Origin: Gammaproteobacteria bacterium | GTDB taxonomy: Bacteria > Pseudomonadota > Gammaproteobacteria > SURF-13 | Reading direction: 5' to 3' | NCBI GenBank assembly: GCA_030655395.1 | Contig: JAURVQ010000083.1 | Span: 3,907-67,906 of the forward strand | DNA: 64,000 nt | In this document: positions 48,236 to 58,872 of the stretch, piece by piece | Layout of the letters: every line of letters starts with the position of its first letter | Numbering within the stretch: the first letter of the stretch is position 1 | The notes under the pieces: model-generated | Seen by the model: only the letters and a program-made list of their open reading frames with translations | Told to the model about the DNA's origin: nothing | Databases searched by the model: none | Program-made: the position numbers and the translations under genes

Positions 48236-49918
48236 ATGCGAGAAAGACCCGTATCGAACCCGGTGCCCACACCCGCCGCGTTCATCAATGCACAAAGCGC
48301 GATCACCGGCCTGCGCGGCCGGGATTTGCTCTCGACCCTGCGCAGCGTCGCCGCACACGGCCTGCGCAACCCGGTACATACCGCCCGCCACGCCCTGAAA
48401 TTGGGTGGGCAATTGGGCCGTGTGCTGCTCGGGGAAACGGTGCACGAGCCGAACCCGGCCGACAGCCGTTTCGCCGACCCGACCTGGCAGCTCAACCCGT
48501 TTTATCGGCGCAGCCTGCAAGCCTATTTGAGCTGGCAAAAACAAACCCGGCACTGGATCGACGACAGCAACCTGAGCGCCGACGACCGGGCCCGGGCGCA
48601 ATTTGCCTTTTCCCTGCTCAACGATGCGGTTTCGCCCTCCAATACGTTGCTCAACCCGCTGGCCATCAAGGAGTTGCTCAACTCCGGCGGCAATAGCGTG
48701 GTGCGTGGTGTCAGCAATCTGTTCGATGATCTGCTGCACAACAACGGCTTGCCGCGGCAGGTCACCAGGCAGGCCTTTGAAGTCGGCAAGACGGTGGCTA
48801 CCACGCCCGGCTCGGTGGTGTTTCGCAACGAACTGCTGGAGCTGATCCAGTACAAGCCCATGAGCGAAAAACAGTACGCCAAGCCGCTGCTGGTAGTGCC
48901 GCCGCAAATCAACAAGTACTACATCTTCGACCTGAGCCCGAACAACAGCTTCGTCCAGTTCGCCCTGAAAAACGGCCTGCAAGTATTCATGGTCAGCTGG
49001 CGCAACCCGGATGTACGGCATCGCGAATGGGGCCTTTCCACCTACGTAGCAGCTTTGGAAGAAGCGCTGAACGTGTGCCGCGCAATCACCGGCGCCCGCG
49101 AGGTCAACTTGATGGGCGCCTGCGCCGGTGGCCTGACCATCGCTGCGCTGCAAGGCCACCTGCAGGCCAAGCGCCAGCTGCGTCGCATCTCCAGTGCCAG
49201 TTATCTGGTGTGCCTGCTGGACAGCCAGATCGACAGCCCGGCCACCCTGTTCGCCGACGAACAAACCCTGGAAGCCGCCAAGCGCCGCTCCTATCAACAA
49301 GGTGTGCTCGATGGACGCGACATGGCCAAGGTGTTCGCCTGGATGCGTCCCAACGACCTGATCTGGAATTACTGGATCAACAACTACCTGCTGGGCAAGG
49401 AACCGCCGGCCTTCGACATCCTGTACTGGAACAACGACAACACCCGCCTGCCCGCCGCACTGCATGGCGACTTGCTGGACTTCTTCAAGCACAACCCGCT
49501 GAGTCATCCCGGTGGCCTGGAAGTTTGCGGCACGCCCATCGACTTGCAGAAGGTCACGGTGGACAGCTTCAGCGTGGGCGGGATCAACGACCACATCACG
49601 CCGTGGGACGCGGTGTACCGCTCCACCCAACTGCTGGGCGGCGACAAGCGCTTCATTCTGTCCAACAGCGGGCATATCCAGAGCATCCTCAACCCGCCAG
49701 GCAATCCCAAGGCGAACTACGTCGAGAACCTCAAGCTGAGCAGCGACCCGCGTGCCTGGTACTACGACGCAGCTCATGTCGAGGGCAGTTGGTGGCCCAA
49801 TTGGCTGGCGTGGATCCAGCAGCGCTCCGGTGTGCAGCGCGAAACCCTGACCGCCCTGGGCAACCAGAATTACCCACCGATGGAAGCGGCGCCGGGCACC
49901 TATGTGCGGGTCCGCTGA
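48236..49918 (+). CDS. phaC2: Class II PHA synthase 2
   Basis: ORF 48200..49918 trimmed to ATG MRERP; GACAGG lipase box. Confidence 0.9.
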   Translation: MRERPVSNPVPTPAAFINAQSAITGLRGRDLLSTLRSVAAHGLRNPVHTARHALKLGGQLGRVLLGETVHEPNPADSRFADPTWQLNPFYRRSLQAYLSWQKQTRHWIDDSNLSADDRARAQFAFSLLNDAVSPSNTLLNPLAIKELLNSGGNSVVRGVSNLFDDLLHNNGLPRQVTRQAFEVGKTVATTPGSVVFRNELLELIQYKPMSEKQYAKPLLVVPPQINKYYIFDLSPNNSFVQFALKNGLQVFMVSWRNPDVRHREWGLSTYVAALEEALNVCRAITGAREVNLMGACAGGLTIAALQGHLQAKRQLRRISSASYLVCLLDSQIDSPATLFADEQTLEAAKRRSYQQGVLDGRDMAKVFAWMRPNDLIWNYWINNYLLGKEPPAFDILYWNNDNTRLPAALHGDLLDFFKHNPLSHPGGLEVCGTPIDLQKVTVDSFSVGGINDHITPWDAVYRSTQLLGGDKRFILSNSGHIQSILNPPGNPKANYVENLKLSSDPRAWYYDAAHVEGSWWPNWLAWIQQRSGVQRETLTALGNQNYPPMEAAPGTYVRVR

Positions 49919-49945
49919 GCCCAACGAAGACCTTAAGAAGACTGG

Positions 49946-50566
49946 ATGAAGACCCGCGACCGTATCCTTGAATGTGCCTTGCAGTTGTTCAACCACAAGG
50001 GCGAGCCGAACGTGTCGACCATGGAGGTGGCGAATGAAATGGGGATCAGTCCCGGCAATCTCTATTACCACTTCCATGGCAAGGAGCCGCTGGTGCTCGG
50101 GCTGTTCGAGCGCTTCCAGGCCGAATTGGCGCCATTGCTCGACCCGCCTGACGACGCCCAACTGGCGGCCGAGGATTACTGGCTATTCCTGCACCTGATC
50201 GTGGAGCGTATGGCCCACTACCGGTTTCTGTTCCAGGACTTGTCGAACTTGGCGGGGCGCCTGCCGAAACTGGCCAAGGGCATTCGCAACCTGCTGACGG
50301 CGCTCAAGCGCACGCTGGCCTCGTTGCTGGCCAGGCTCAAGACGGATGGGCAATTGGTCAGTGACACCCAGGCGCTGGGACAGTTGGTGGAACAGATCAC
50401 CATGACCCTGCTGTTTTCCCTGGACTACCAACGGATTCTCGACCGTGAGGGTGAGGTGCGGGTGGTGGTGTACCAGATCATGATGCTGGTGGCGCCGCAT
50501 CTTTTGATGCCGGCGAGGATGGCGACGGAGCGGTTGGCGCTCAGGTACCTGGACGACGCGGACTAA
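49946..50566 (+). CDS. phaD: TetR-family regulator of pha genes
   Basis: ORF 206 aa, synteny. Confidence 0.85.
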   Translation: MKTRDRILECALQLFNHKGEPNVSTMEVANEMGISPGNLYYHFHGKEPLVLGLFERFQAELAPLLDPPDDAQLAAEDYWLFLHLIVERMAHYRFLFQDLSNLAGRLPKLAKGIRNLLTALKRTLASLLARLKTDGQLVSDTQALGQLVEQITMTLLFSLDYQRILDREGEVRVVVYQIMMLVAPHLLMPARMATERLALRYLDDAD

Positions 50567-50568
50567 AA

Positions 50569-50656
50569 TGGGGGATCGGGCTTGCTCCCGAAAGCGAAGT
50601 GTCAGTCAACGCATGTGTAACTGATCCACCGCTTTCGCGAGCAAGCCCGCTCCCAC
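50569..50656. repeat. REP inverted pair
   Basis: REP consensus. Confidence 0.8.
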
Positions 50657-50685
50657 ATTGGATTTGTGTTGTTCTGTAGATTCCA

Positions 50686-50722
50686 TAAAAAACGCCCGAC
50701 CTTCGCAGGCCGGGCGTTTTTA
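50686..50722. terminator. Bidirectional rho-independent terminator (aaaaaacgcccgaccttcgcaggccgggcgttttt) shared by phaD and phaF
   Basis: GC stem with A/T tracts on both sides. Confidence 0.75.
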
Positions 50723-50737
50723 TGTGTCCTGTAAAAA

Positions 50738-51721
50738 TCAGGACTGACTGGTAGGCGTCGGGGTTGCCGGCGTTGCAGTCGGGGTAGCAGCAGCCTGGGT
50801 CGGTGGGGTCACCGAGTTGGTCGCTGGCGCCGGGGTTGCAGGCTTGGCCGCTACCGCAGGCTTTGGCGCTGCTGGCTTTTTGGCTACGGCCGGCTTCTTC
50901 GCCGCAGCCGGTTTGGCAGCCGGCTTGGACGCTGCAGGTTTAGCGGCGGGTTTGGCAGCGGCCGGCTTGGCTGCAGGTTTCGCAGCGGCTGGTTTGGCAG
51001 CAGGTTTAGCGGCAGCGGTTTTAGCCGCGGGCTTGGCTGCGGCTTTTGCTGCCGGCTTGGCGGCTGGTTTTGCCGCAGGTTTTGCAGCTGCTTTAGCGGC
51101 CACTGGTTTAGCGGCAGGCTTGGCGGCCGGTTTAGCCGCTGCGGTTTTAGTCGCAGGCTTGGCAGCCGGTTTTGCAGCAGCTTTGGCCGGCGCTTTAGCG
51201 GCTGGCTTGGCGGCAGCCTTGACCAGCGGTTTAGCGGCGGTTTTTGCAGCAGGCTTGGCCGCTGCAGTTTTCGCGGCAGGCTTGGCAGCTGGTTTAGCCG
51301 CTGCGGTTTTGGCCGCAACTGGCGCAGCTTTAAGGCCAGTGAGTTTTTCGATTTGCTTGGTCAGAGTATCGACCTTGCTGTGCAGCGCTTTCACTTCAGT
51401 ACGGCTAGGTACGCCGAGTCGCGAAATGGCACTGTTCAGGCGCTTGTCAAAAGCCCCTTCCAGTTCGCCCCACTTATCGCTGATACGTGATTTGGCAGAA
51501 CCGGCGGAAGCCTTTGCCGCATCGACTTGTTTACCCACTGTGCTCTTGGTCAACTTCTCGGCCTTCTCGCCGTCTTTAACCAAAGTCTCGAAGTATTTAC
51601 CGCCGTCACTGCTCACCTTCGAGTACACGCCTAAACCGGCCAGCCAGATCTTGCGGGAGTATTTTTCAACTTCCCCGATCCACGAGCTGCCTTCTTTATC
51701 AGTAGTCTTTTTACCAGCCAT
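50738..51721 (-). CDS. phaF: Phasin PhaF with C-terminal histone-H1-like AAKPA repeat tail
   Basis: ORF 327 aa. Confidence 0.9.
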   Translation of the reverse strand: MAGKKTTDKEGSSWIGEVEKYSRKIWLAGLGVYSKVSSDGGKYFETLVKDGEKAEKLTKSTVGKQVDAAKASAGSAKSRISDKWGELEGAFDKRLNSAISRLGVPSRTEVKALHSKVDTLTKQIEKLTGLKAAPVAAKTAAAKPAAKPAAKTAAAKPAAKTAAKPLVKAAAKPAAKAPAKAAAKPAAKPATKTAAAKPAAKPAAKPVAAKAAAKPAAKPAAKPAAKAAAKPAAKTAAAKPAAKPAAAKPAAKPAAAKPAAKPAASKPAAKPAAAKKPAVAKKPAAPKPAVAAKPATPAPATNSVTPPTQAAATPTATPATPTPTSQS

Positions 51722-51733
51722 CCCGTTGTCTCC

Positions 51734-52156
51734 TTAGTGTTTACGCGCGACACGTTCGAGCAATGCCGTCAGCTCATCGAGCTTAGCAGAGAGTGTCTCC
51801 ACGTCATGTTTAGACGGAATGCCGATCCGATTCAAGGCACTTCCAACACGACTATCAAAAGCGCGTTCAACTTTATCCAGTTGCACTTCGACTCGACCTT
51901 TGACGCCGAAGACTTCGCTCTTGACTTGATCAATCTGACTGTTGGCAGCATCAAGTTGTTCAATCACAACTTTTTTGCCTTTACTTTCAACATGTTGACC
52001 AGTCTTAACGAGCTCTTTGAAGTACTCGGCGCCCTCGCTTCCAACCTTGGCATAAGCCCCCAAACCGGCCAACCAGATCTTGCGGGCATAGGATTTAACG
52101 TCAGTCAGGGCGTTAGTTCCGGTAGCAATTTTTTTCTTCAAAATAACTTTGGCCAT
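51734..52156 (-). CDS. phaI: Phasin PhaI
   Basis: ORF 51734..52168 trimmed to MAKVILKKK. Confidence 0.85.
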   Translation of the reverse strand: MAKVILKKKIATGTNALTDVKSYARKIWLAGLGAYAKVGSEGAEYFKELVKTGQHVESKGKKVVIEQLDAANSQIDQVKSEVFGVKGRVEVQLDKVERAFDSRVGSALNRIGIPSKHDVETLSAKLDELTALLERVARKH

Positions 52157-52261
52157 GGTGCACCTCACGCATAAAGGGGGGAGGAACTGCCCACAGAAGT
52201 TGAGGGCTTGGGCACAAAGTAGGCAGAAAAATTAGAATCGGCACCCTAAGAAGGACGAAAA

Positions 52262-52537
52262 TCAGGCCAGGGCTTTATCCAGCGCCTTCTCGATTTCGGA
52301 CTTGATGGTGCCACTCATGGCCGACATCAACAGCCCCAATTCGACTTCGATGCGCAGAGAATCTTCAGCCACTTTCACGGTGCCTTTAACGCCCGAACGT
52401 TTGAGGTTCAGTGTGTCGCCGGCCCACGAAGACTCCAGGCCATATTGATCCTTGAGTTTGCTCGCCAACTTGTCGGCTTTTTCTCGGGCAGCGTCTTTGC
52501 CCAGTGTGTGAGCACGTTCAACCTGTATACGGGCCAT
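52262..52537 (-). CDS. PHA granule-associated small protein (TIGR02610-like)
   Basis: ORF 91 aa, synteny. Confidence 0.65.
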   Translation of the reverse strand: MARIQVERAHTLGKDAAREKADKLASKLKDQYGLESSWAGDTLNLKRSGVKGTVKVAEDSLRIEVELGLLMSAMSGTIKSEIEKALDKALA

Positions 52538-52680
52538 TTGAATGACTCCTCGTTATAGAGACTTGTCGACCCGCCATGCGGCAAAAGGTCTCGGTGACCA
52601 CCTATCTTACCTTCAGCCTTGCCAAGACAAAGCATGCCTTGGGGATTAGAATGCCCCCATTCTCTTTTGGTGACAGCGAT

Positions 52681-53451
52681 ATGACTGATCAGCGCAAAGG
52701 CAGCGATGCCGAACCCACCACTCACTTCGGCTTCAAAAACGTCCCGGAAAGCCAGAAAGCGGAAAAAGTCGCCGAGGTGTTCCACTCGGTAGCCGCCAAG
52801 TACGACTTGATGAACGACGTACTGTCCGGCGGCATGCACCGCCTGTGGAAGCGCTTCACCATCGAGTTGTCGGGTGTACGCACCGGCAACCGCGTGCTGG
52901 ATATCGCCGGCGGCACAGGCGACCTGGCCGCCAAGTTCTCCAAGCTGGTGGGCCCCACTGGCCAAGTAGTCCTGGCCGACATCAACGGCTCGATGCTCAA
53001 GGTCGGTCGCGACCGCCTGTTGGATAAAGGCGTGGCGGGCAATATCGAATTCGTCCAGGCCGACGCTGAAAAGCTGCCGTTCCCGGACAACCATTTCGAC
53101 TGCGTCACCATCGCCTTCGGCCTGCGTAACGTAACCCACAAGGAAGACGCGCTGCGCTCCATGCTGCGGGTGCTCAAGCCCGGCGGTCGCCTGCTGGTGC
53201 TGGAGTTCTCCAAGCCGACCAACGCATTGATGTCCAAGGTCTACGACACCTACTCGTTCGCCTTCATGCCGTTGATGGGCAAGCTGATCACCAATGACGC
53301 CGAAAGCTACCGCTACCTGGCCGAATCGATCCGCATGCACCCGAACCAGGAAACCCTGAAGTCGATGATGGTAGAAGCCGGTTTCGACCGCGTGACCTAC
53401 CACAACATGACCTCGGGCATCGTCGCCCTGCACCGCGGCATCAAGCCCTGA
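52681..53451 (+). CDS. ubiE: Ubiquinone/menaquinone C-methyltransferase
   Basis: ORF trimmed to ATG MTDQRKG; SAM motif LDIAGGTGD. Confidence 0.9.
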   Translation: MTDQRKGSDAEPTTHFGFKNVPESQKAEKVAEVFHSVAAKYDLMNDVLSGGMHRLWKRFTIELSGVRTGNRVLDIAGGTGDLAAKFSKLVGPTGQVVLADINGSMLKVGRDRLLDKGVAGNIEFVQADAEKLPFPDNHFDCVTIAFGLRNVTHKEDALRSMLRVLKPGGRLLVLEFSKPTNALMSKVYDTYSFAFMPLMGKLITNDAESYRYLAESIRMHPNQETLKSMMVEAGFDRVTYHNMTSGIVALHRGIKP

Positions 53452-54074
53452 TGTTGTTCGCAGGCCTTCTCGCCAGCGTCGAACACGGCCTCAACCGTGT
53501 ACTGCGCCTGGACAGCACCGCCCTGGCACGGCTGGCGCACCTGAACGGCAAGATCATCGCCGTCGACTGCACCAGCCCCGCCTTGCAGCTGTTTATCCTG
53601 CCCAGCGATGAAGGCCTGTTGCTGGCGTCCCACTGGGCCGCCGATGCCGACTGCACCCTGCGTGCTTCCGGCTCAAGCCTGCTGCGCCTGGCCCTGAGCC
53701 GGGACAAGACAGCGATCCTCCACGGCCCGGACGTGGAACTTGAAGGCGACAGCGCGGTGCTGATGGACCTGGCCGCCGTGCTGCAAGACCTGGAACTGGA
53801 CTGGGAGTACGAGCTGTCACGCTGGCTCGGCCCGGTTGCCACCCAATTGATCAGCGGTCACCTGCGCAGCCGCACGCGCTGGTACCAGCAGGGTTTCGCC
53901 AGCCTGAACCAGAACCTCGCCGAATACCTGAGCGAAGAATCGCGCACCCTGGTCGGACAACGGGAAGCGGAAGCGCGCTTTCGTGAACTCGACCAGGCCA
54001 AACTCGACCTGGAACGACTTGAGGCGCGCTTCGAGCGCCTGAGCCGCTCCCTTGATTCAAGCGATAACGCATGA
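53451..54074 (+). CDS. ubiJ: SCP2-domain ubiquinone biosynthesis accessory protein UbiJ (YigP-like)
   Basis: ORF 207 aa, position between ubiE and ubiB. Confidence 0.7.
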   Translation: MLFAGLLASVEHGLNRVLRLDSTALARLAHLNGKIIAVDCTSPALQLFILPSDEGLLLASHWAADADCTLRASGSSLLRLALSRDKTAILHGPDVELEGDSAVLMDLAAVLQDLELDWEYELSRWLGPVATQLISGHLRSRTRWYQQGFASLNQNLAEYLSEESRTLVGQREAEARFRELDQAKLDLERLEARFERLSRSLDSSDNA

Positions 54075-55675
54075 AGCTGCTCGCCGTCCGCCGTTTGTTT
54101 CGTATCCAGCGCGTCGTAATCCGCTACCGCCTCGATGACCTGCTGTTCGCCCTGCCGCTGCCGTGGTTCCTGCTGGCGGTGCGCTATGTGTTGCCGTGGC
54201 GCTGGTTCCCGCGCAAAACCCTCGAGCTGAGCCGTGGCGCGCGCCTGCGCCTGGCGCTGCAGGACCTGGGGCCGATCTTCATCAAATTCGGACAGATCCT
54301 CTCCACCCGCCGCGACCTGTTGCCCGAAGATATCGCCGACGAGCTGATGCTGTTGCAGGACCGCGTGCCGCCGTTCGACTCGCAACTGGCAGTCACGCTG
54401 ATTGAAGAGCAACTGGGCAAGAAGATCAGCGAAGTCTTCAGCCGCTTCGACATCGCGCCATTGGCTTCAGCCTCGGTGGCCCAGGTGCATGCCGCGCAAC
54501 TGAAAAGCGGCGAAGAAGTGGTGGTGAAGGTGATCCGCCCGGGCCTCAAGCCGATCATCGGCCAGGACCTGGCGTGGCTGTTCATCCTCGCCCGCGCCGC
54601 CGAGCGCTTCTCTGCCGATGCGCGCCTGCTGCACCCGGTGGACGTGGTGCTGGATTACGAGAAAACCATCTACGACGAACTCGACCTGCTGCGCGAAGCC
54701 GCCAACGCCAGCCAGCTCAAGCGCAACTTCGAGGGCTCGCAGCTGCTGTACGTGCCGCAAGTCTATTGGGACTGGTGCCGCCCGAAAGTGCTGGTGATGG
54801 AGCGCATCTACGGCGTGCAGGTCACCGACCTCGCGACCCTGGCCGACCAGCGCACCGACATGAAAATGCTTGCCGAGCGCGGCGTGGAGATTTTCTTCAC
54901 CCAGGTGTTCCGCGACAGCTTCTTCCATGCCGACATGCACCCCGGCAACATCTTCGTCAGCACCGTGAACCCGTGGAGCCCGCAGTACATTGCGATCGAC
55001 TGCGGCATCGTCGGCAGCCTGACCCCGGAAGACCAGGACTACCTGGCGCGCAACCTGTTTGCCTTCTTCAAGCGTGACTACCGTCGCGTGGCGCAATTGC
55101 ACATCGATTCGGGCTGGGTGCCGGCTGAGACCAAGCTCAACGAATTCGAAGCGGCGATCCGCACTGTGTGCGAGCCGATCTTTGAAAAACCGTTAAAAGA
55201 TATTTCCTTCGGCCAGGTGCTGATGCGCCTGTTCCAGACGGCGCGGCGCTTCAATATGGAAGTGCAGCCGCAGCTGGTGCTGTTGCAAAAGACCCTGCTG
55301 AACATCGAAGGCCTGGGCCGCCAGCTGTACCCGGACCTGGACCTGTGGAACACCGCCCAGCCGTTCCTCGAGCGCTGGATGCGTGAACGCGTCAGCCCGA
55401 AAACCCTGCTGGGCAACCTGCAAAGCCAGGTCGAACAACTGCCGCACCTGGCCAATATGACGCGCGACCTGCTGGAGCGTATGTCCCAGCCCCACGCCCA
55501 TGACCCGGCACCGCCGTGGCACAAGCGTAAAGACGACTGGTTCCTGCGCCTGTTGGGCGCCGCGCACCTGGTGGGCGGCACCATACTGGCCGCCGGCGGT
55601 CCACTGAACGAACTGGGCCACTGGCCGGCTGGCATCATGGTCGCCGTGGGCGTGTATCTGATCGTGCGTCGATAG
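54071..55675 (+). CDS. ubiB: Ubiquinone biosynthesis protein kinase-like UbiB
   Basis: ORF 534 aa. Confidence 0.9.
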   Translation: MKLLAVRRLFRIQRVVIRYRLDDLLFALPLPWFLLAVRYVLPWRWFPRKTLELSRGARLRLALQDLGPIFIKFGQILSTRRDLLPEDIADELMLLQDRVPPFDSQLAVTLIEEQLGKKISEVFSRFDIAPLASASVAQVHAAQLKSGEEVVVKVIRPGLKPIIGQDLAWLFILARAAERFSADARLLHPVDVVLDYEKTIYDELDLLREAANASQLKRNFEGSQLLYVPQVYWDWCRPKVLVMERIYGVQVTDLATLADQRTDMKMLAERGVEIFFTQVFRDSFFHADMHPGNIFVSTVNPWSPQYIAIDCGIVGSLTPEDQDYLARNLFAFFKRDYRRVAQLHIDSGWVPAETKLNEFEAAIRTVCEPIFEKPLKDISFGQVLMRLFQTARRFNMEVQPQLVLLQKTLLNIEGLGRQLYPDLDLWNTAQPFLERWMRERVSPKTLLGNLQSQVEQLPHLANMTRDLLERMSQPHAHDPAPPWHKRKDDWFLRLLGAAHLVGGTILAAGGPLNELGHWPAGIMVAVGVYLIVRR

Positions 55676-55716
55676 CCAATCCGGTTATACACTGTCGCAA
55701 ATTGCCGGAGCCGAAA

Positions 55717-56109
55717 ATGAAAGACTGGCTGGACGAGATCAAGTGGGACAGTGACGGCCTGGTGCCAGCCATTGCCCAGGACTACAAGACCGGGCGCGTG
55801 CTGATGATGGCCTGGATGAACCGCGAGGCCCTGAGCCTGACCGCCGCCGAGAACCGTGCCATTTACTGGTCACGTTCCCGTGGCAAACTGTGGCGCAAGG
55901 GCGAAGAGTCCGGGCACGTGCAAACCCTGCATGAGATGCGCATCGACTGCGATGCCGATGTGGTGATCCTCAAGGTCGAACAGATCGGCGATATCGCCTG
56001 TCATACCGGCCGTCACAGCTGCTTCTACCGCGTGTTCGAGAACGGCGAGTGGAAGACCGTCGAGCCCGTGCTCAAAGACCCGCACGCTATTTACTCGGCA
56101 GGACACTGA
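55717..56109 (+). CDS. hisI: Phosphoribosyl-AMP cyclohydrolase
   Basis: ORF trimmed to MKDWLDEI. Confidence 0.85.
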   Translation: MKDWLDEIKWDSDGLVPAIAQDYKTGRVLMMAWMNREALSLTAAENRAIYWSRSRGKLWRKGEESGHVQTLHEMRIDCDADVVILKVEQIGDIACHTGRHSCFYRVFENGEWKTVEPVLKDPHAIYSAGH

Positions 56110-56111
56110 AC

Positions 56112-56444
56112 ATGACCGATACCCTGAACCGCCTGGCCCAGGTGCTGGAAGACCGCAAGGGCGCGGCCGCCGACAGCTCTTATGTCGCCAGCCTGTACCA
56201 CAAGGGTCTGAACAAGATTCTGGAGAAACTCGGCGAAGAATCCGTCGAGACGATTATTGCTGCCAAGGACGCGCAAATCAGCGGCGACTGCAGCGACGTG
56301 ATCTACGAAACTGCCGACTTGTGGTTCCACAGCCTGGTCATGCTCGCCCAACTGGGGCAGCATCCACAGGCAGTGCTTGATGAACTGGACCGTCGCTTCG
56401 GCTTGTCCGGGCATGCCGAAAAGGCCTCGCGCCCGTCCGCCTGA
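56112..56444 (+). CDS. hisE: Phosphoribosyl-ATP pyrophosphatase
   Basis: ATG verified at 56112. Confidence 0.85.
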   Translation: MTDTLNRLAQVLEDRKGAAADSSYVASLYHKGLNKILEKLGEESVETIIAAKDAQISGDCSDVIYETADLWFHSLVMLAQLGQHPQAVLDELDRRFGLSGHAEKASRPSA

Positions 56445-56469
56445 CCAACTTTTACAGAGGAATTGCAGC

Positions 56470-56748
56470 ATGGGCATTTTTGACTGGAAACACTGGATCG
56501 TCATTCTGGTAGTGGTTGTTCTGGTATTCGGCACCAAGAAGCTGAAAAACCTCGGCACTGACGTCGGTGAATCGATCAAGGGCTTTCGCAAGGCCATGAA
56601 CGACGACGAGAAACCTGCCGACCCGGTCGTCAACCCGGTGCCACCGGCTCAGCCTGTGCACCCGCAGGCCACTCAGCCGATCACTGAACGTCGCACCTTC
56701 GACGTGCAGGCCGAGCACGTCAAAGAGCAGAACCAAAAAGACTCGTGA
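56470..56748 (+). CDS. tatA: Twin-arginine translocase TatA
   Basis: [25 protein letters not shown]. Confidence 0.9.
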   Translation: MGIFDWKHWIVILVVVVLVFGTKKLKNLGTDVGESIKGFRKAMNDDEKPADPVVNPVPPAQPVHPQATQPITERRTFDVQAEHVKEQNQKDS

Positions 56749-56758
56749 GTACTGAATA

Positions 56759-57202
56759 ATGTTTGGTATCAGCTTCTCTGAACTGCTGCTCGTCGGCCTC
56801 GTGGCCCTGCTGGTACTGGGGCCGGAACGCCTGCCCGGTGCCGCGCGCACGGCCGGCCTGTGGATCGGGCGCCTGAAACGCAGTTTCAACGCCATCAAAC
56901 AGGAAGTTGAACGGGAAATAGGCGCCGACGAGATTCGCCGGCAACTGCACAACGAGCACATTCTGTCGTTGGAGCAGGAGGCACGGAAGATTCTCTCGCC
57001 TGTGCAGGAAACGCCCAAGCCGGTTGAACCTGTGGCCGAGCAATCGATTGCACCGCCCGCCGCACCTGCACCTGCACCTGCACCTGCACCGGTCGCTGAC
57101 CCCGTGCATGCCGCCGCGCCAGCAACCCCGACCGAACCCGCGCCGACGCCTGCCGTGTCGCCCGCGCCCCACGACCCTACATTGCCGCCGCGAGCCCCAT
57201 GA
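56759..57202 (+). CDS. tatB: Twin-arginine translocase TatB (contains (PA)n SSR cacctg x4)
   Basis: ORF 147 aa. Confidence 0.85.
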   Translation: MFGISFSELLLVGLVALLVLGPERLPGAARTAGLWIGRLKRSFNAIKQEVEREIGADEIRRQLHNEHILSLEQEARKILSPVQETPKPVEPVAEQSIAPPAAPAPAPAPAPVADPVHAAAPATPTEPAPTPAVSPAPHDPTLPPRAP

Positions 57203-57990
57203 GCGCTGATAAACCGGAAACCGACCAGCACATGCCGCTGGTCTCGCACCTCACCGAGTTGCGTACCCGCCTGCTGCGCTGTGTCGCGGCGATCTTCATC
57301 ATCTTTGCCGGGCTGTTTGCCTTCACCCAGCAGATCTACACCTTCGTCTCCACGCCGCTGCGCGACTACTTGCCGGCTGGCGCGACGATGATCGCCACCG
57401 ACGTGTCGTCACCGTTCCTCACGCCGTTGAAGCTGACGATGATGGTTTCGCTGTTTCTGGCGATCCCGGTGATCCTGCATCAGATCTGGGGCTTTATCGC
57501 GCCGGGCCTGTACAAGCATGAAAAACGCATCGCCGTGCCGCTGCTGGTGTCGAGCATCCTGCTGTTCTACACCGGGATGGCCTTCGCCTACTTCCTGGTG
57601 TTCCCGCTGATCTTCAAGTTCTTCGCCGCTGCTACCCCGGCCGGTGTGGAAATGATGACCGACATCACCAGCTACCTCGACTTCGTGATGACGCTGTTCT
57701 TCGCCTTCGGCGTGGCCTTCGAAATCCCGGTGGCCGTGGTGCTGCTGGTGTGGATCGGCGTGGTCGACGTCAAATACCTGAAGAAAATCCGCCCGTACGT
57801 GATCATCGGCTGCTTCGTGGTCGGCATGATCCTGACCCCGCCGGACATCTTCTCCCAGACCCTGCTGGCCGTACCCATGTGGATGCTGTTCGAGATCGGC
57901 ATTCTGTTCGGCAGCCTGGTGAGCAAGCGTGGCGATCACCCGGATGACCAACCCGCCGACGACGACCAGCCGCCAGCGACCCAGCCGTGA
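57199..57990 (+). CDS. tatC: Twin-arginine translocase TatC
   Basis: ORF 263 aa, 6 TM. Confidence 0.9.
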   Translation: MSADKPETDQHMPLVSHLTELRTRLLRCVAAIFIIFAGLFAFTQQIYTFVSTPLRDYLPAGATMIATDVSSPFLTPLKLTMMVSLFLAIPVILHQIWGFIAPGLYKHEKRIAVPLLVSSILLFYTGMAFAYFLVFPLIFKFFAAATPAGVEMMTDITSYLDFVMTLFFAFGVAFEIPVAVVLLVWIGVVDVKYLKKIRPYVIIGCFVVGMILTPPDIFSQTLLAVPMWMLFEIGILFGSLVSKRGDHPDDQPADDDQPPATQP

Positions 57991-58694
57991 ACCTGCTGCT
58001 GCTTGAGGAGGCCGACTTTATCGCGGCCGACCGGGTGGTGCTGCGTGATCGGCGCCTGGTGCATATGCAGGAAGTCCACCGTGCCGCCGTAGGCGACAGC
58101 CTGCGGGTCGGGCGCATTGGCGGGTTGATGGGCAATGCGCAATTGCTGCACCTGGAAGCCCGGGAAGCCGAGCTGGAAGTCACCTTCGACCAGCCGCCGC
58201 CGGCCAAACTGCCCCTGACCCTGCTGCTGGCCCTGCCCCGTCCGAAAATGCTCCGCCGGGTGCTGCAAACCGTTGCGTCCATGGGCGTGCCACGGGTGGT
58301 GCTGGTGAACAGCTATCGGGTGGAAAAGAGCTTCTGGCAAACGCCGTTCCTGGAGCCGGAGGCGATTCGCGAGCAACTGATCCTCGGCCTGGAACAGTCC
58401 CGAGACACGGTGCTGCCCGAGATTGTTATCGAAAAGCGCTTCAAACCATTCGTCGAAGACCGCCTGCCCGCCCTGGCGCACGGCACCCTCGGCCTGATTG
58501 GCCACCCGGGTGACTATCCGCCCTGCCCTCGTGGCCTGGATGAACCGGTCACCCTGGCCATCGGGCCGGAAGGCGGCTGGATTCCCTACGAGGTGGATCT
58601 GCTGGCCAAGGCCGGGTTGCAGCCGGTGCAACTGGGGGCTCGGATCCTGAGGGTCGAAACCGCCGTCACCGCATTGCTCGCCCGCCTTTTCTAA
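57987..58694 (+). CDS. rsmE: 16S rRNA methyltransferase RsmE-family protein (GTG start)
   Basis: ORF 235 aa; family assignment from motif recall only. Confidence 0.55.
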   Translation: MNLLLLEEADFIAADRVVLRDRRLVHMQEVHRAAVGDSLRVGRIGGLMGNAQLLHLEAREAELEVTFDQPPPAKLPLTLLLALPRPKMLRRVLQTVASMGVPRVVLVNSYRVEKSFWQTPFLEPEAIREQLILGLEQSRDTVLPEIVIEKRFKPFVEDRLPALAHGTLGLIGHPGDYPPCPRGLDEPVTLAIGPEGGWIPYEVDLLAKAGLQPVQLGARILRVETAVTALLARLF

Positions 58695-58707
58695 CACCGC
58701 CCTCTCC

Positions 58708-58807
58708 TGTAGGAGCGAGCTTGCTCGCGAAAAACTCAAGGACACCGCGTTCATTCAGAATGCCCGCGTTATCGTTGACGACCTTCGCGAGCGAGCTCGC
58801 TCCTACA
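58708..58807. repeat. REP inverted pair (TGTAGGAGCGAGCTTGCTCGCGAA variant)
   Basis: REP consensus. Confidence 0.8.
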
Positions 58808-58872
58808 GAAACATCCGAATCTGCCGATACGCTCTGAATAAGTCCAAGCCTTGTTCCAGGGGAGTTCGCAGC

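Noticed and set aside
45475-50161. 495-aa and 659-aa minus-strand ORFs antisense to phaC1 and phaC2/phaD
   Set aside because: Well-known antisense shadow ORFs of GC-rich pha genes. Translations are Arg/Gly/Ala/Val junk with no motifs.
50738-51350. Highly repetitive AAKPA/AAKTAAAKPAAKP coding repeats
   Set aside because: This is the known histone-H1-like DNA-binding tail of phasin PhaF, not a novel repeat element.
50817-51737. 306-aa Ala/Gly/Leu-rich plus-strand ORF
   Set aside because: Mirror frame of the phaF AAKPA repeat region, not an independent gene.
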